Source: Trichoplax adhaerens (lineage: Eukaryota; Animalia; Placozoa). Taken from it: a stretch of DNA of 64,000 nt. The notes beneath the pieces are model-generated. The model searched no databases, was not told the DNA's origin, and worked only from the letters and a program-made list of their open reading frames with translations. A program made the translations under genes and the position numbers. The DNA lies in NCBI RefSeq assembly GCF_000150275.1, contig NW_002060959.1, positions 370,371-434,370 on the forward strand, given 5' to 3'. Positions 62,901 to 64,000 of this stretch are shown piece by piece. Each line of letters begins with the position of its first letter. The stretch's first letter is position 1.

Positions 62901-64000
62901 TCGAAATTAGAGGATTTCTTTCTCACATTTTTAGAGCATAACTGCAGGAATTTACCTTCCGAAAACTTTTCTACAAAGTGCATTTCCACTTCGTGGAACT
63001 AAAAGTCTGCAAGTTCTTATCCTAAGAAATACTAATTTATTTCCATTATCGGCTATACAAAGAAAAAACTATCAGTTATCAGGAAGTGTACTAATAGCGA
63101 GAATAGGTCAGTTGTATACATAATGCAATAGCAGAAAAACAATATGAGAAAAACATTCAGTATATCAATATCTAGAAATAAATTTCACATTTTTCCTGAT
63201 TACAAATTTTTGTAATGGTATCGCAAATTATTATAAATTACAGATGGTGTGGCTATAACAAACTCAACAACTCCATTAACAGTTATTTTAAGACCACAAT
63301 CGACTAAGGTAAAATTCGATCTACGGCCAGATTTATCTAGTTAAACTAAAATTTCGGCATGCATGATATCGATGATATTTATTACTTGAGTAGCATTAAT
63401 TGCTTTCTTTTTAAAGTTTTCAAAGTAATTTTGAAACTTTCACATTAAATTAAAGCAGAGTAAATACCGGTACTTAATGTATGATTTATGGTAGTTTTAG
63501 CCAAATTTAATCCTGCTAGTGATATAGAATAAATATTAACTAAAGGTTACAATCGAGGGCATGGTAACACGATCTTCTGTTACACCTATGATAACCTAAC
63601 TTCTTGCTTTAAACCATATCACAGCTAAGAGCGTCTTTTCGAATCAAAACGCAAGCAGATAAAAGTAAGTTCAACAGAGATACTACAATTATGCCGCCAG
63701 TTTACAATTTTTTCTTAATCAAATTTCATCTTCCTATTTAGCTGTTAAGCCTACTTGGTCTTCATCAATTTGTCAACAAAGTCCTTCTAAGTTTGTCGCT
63801 TCTTGTAAACATATGGCTATATTTGCATTACATGGAGTAAGGACTAAATTCTTTAATATTCTATATTTGGCATAAATACTCGTATTTGAATAATTGTTTT
63901 CTGTCTATACTATCGAATGATTACAACATCCATTTTCTTAATCTAATTTTAATTTTACTATCTTAGAATAAAAGCAATAATGGATTAGCATGGCCGGACA
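56971..64000 (+). CDS. ADGRA-like (GPR124/GPR125-type) adhesion GPCR, 5' part: SP-LRR-LRRCT-Ig-HRM-GAIN; continues past the window
   Basis: Exons: 56971-57221; five 72-nt phase-2 LRR exons (57642-57713, 59176-59247, 59438-59509, 59812-59883, 59973-60044); LRRCT NPLTCDCRLRWL 60296-60465; Ig 60589-60887; HRM 61159-61428; GAIN 61837-61989, 62084-62178, 62297-~62540, 62935-63106, 63244-63308, 63625-63664; GPS 63742-63836; 63967 onward. Confidence 0.88.
58210..58790 (-). mobile_element. Possible highly decayed Ty3/Gypsy-type integrase fragment in ADGRA intron 2
   Basis: Ordered weak remnants on the minus strand: GHL, SWE..GIN, LRSCGIEVKT, LGMYV, SVIF(A)*R (compare integrase L.MYV...SV.FAYR). Many disruptions. 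Confidence 0.3.

Noticed and set aside
62465-62947. GC donor (AAG|GCATGC at 62540) in the ADGRA-like gene
   Set aside because: Phase-compatible GT alternatives exist (for example 62465|GTAATT), so a GC-AG intron cannot be asserted without RNA data.

Overview
AT-rich (about 30% GC by eye), intron-containing eukaryotic DNA. Gene content suggests an early-branching animal, most like a placozoan such as Trichoplax; this is inference only. Intact genes, all on +: (1) a 5-exon C16orf89/UPF0764-like gene with a C-terminal TM helix (129-3422); (2) three paralogous long 42-aa-repeat TPR genes (starts 6065, 36378, 46497); (3) two paralogous class A GPCRs (16562, 26750); (4) the 5' part of an ADGRA/GPR124-125-type adhesion GPCR (LRR-Ig-HRM-GAIN, 56971 to window end). 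The main finding is that the TPR ORFs in the track do not give the true C-termini. Each TPR gene splices into a conserved set of micro-exons, and in two paralogs this ends in a CaaX prenylation box (CVIL*, CMIQ*). The intergenic DNA holds nine TG..CA solo LTRs with 5-bp target-site duplications, including two LTR-inside-LTR nests and one mini-LTR. It also holds decayed gene fragments: an ATM kinase C-terminus/FATC, two GPCR pseudogenes, and weaker NEDD4-C2, M1-aminopeptidase, PRMT5, cadherin and integrase remnants. No RNA genes or CRISPR arrays were seen. All homology calls come from manual translation and recalled motifs, not from database searches.
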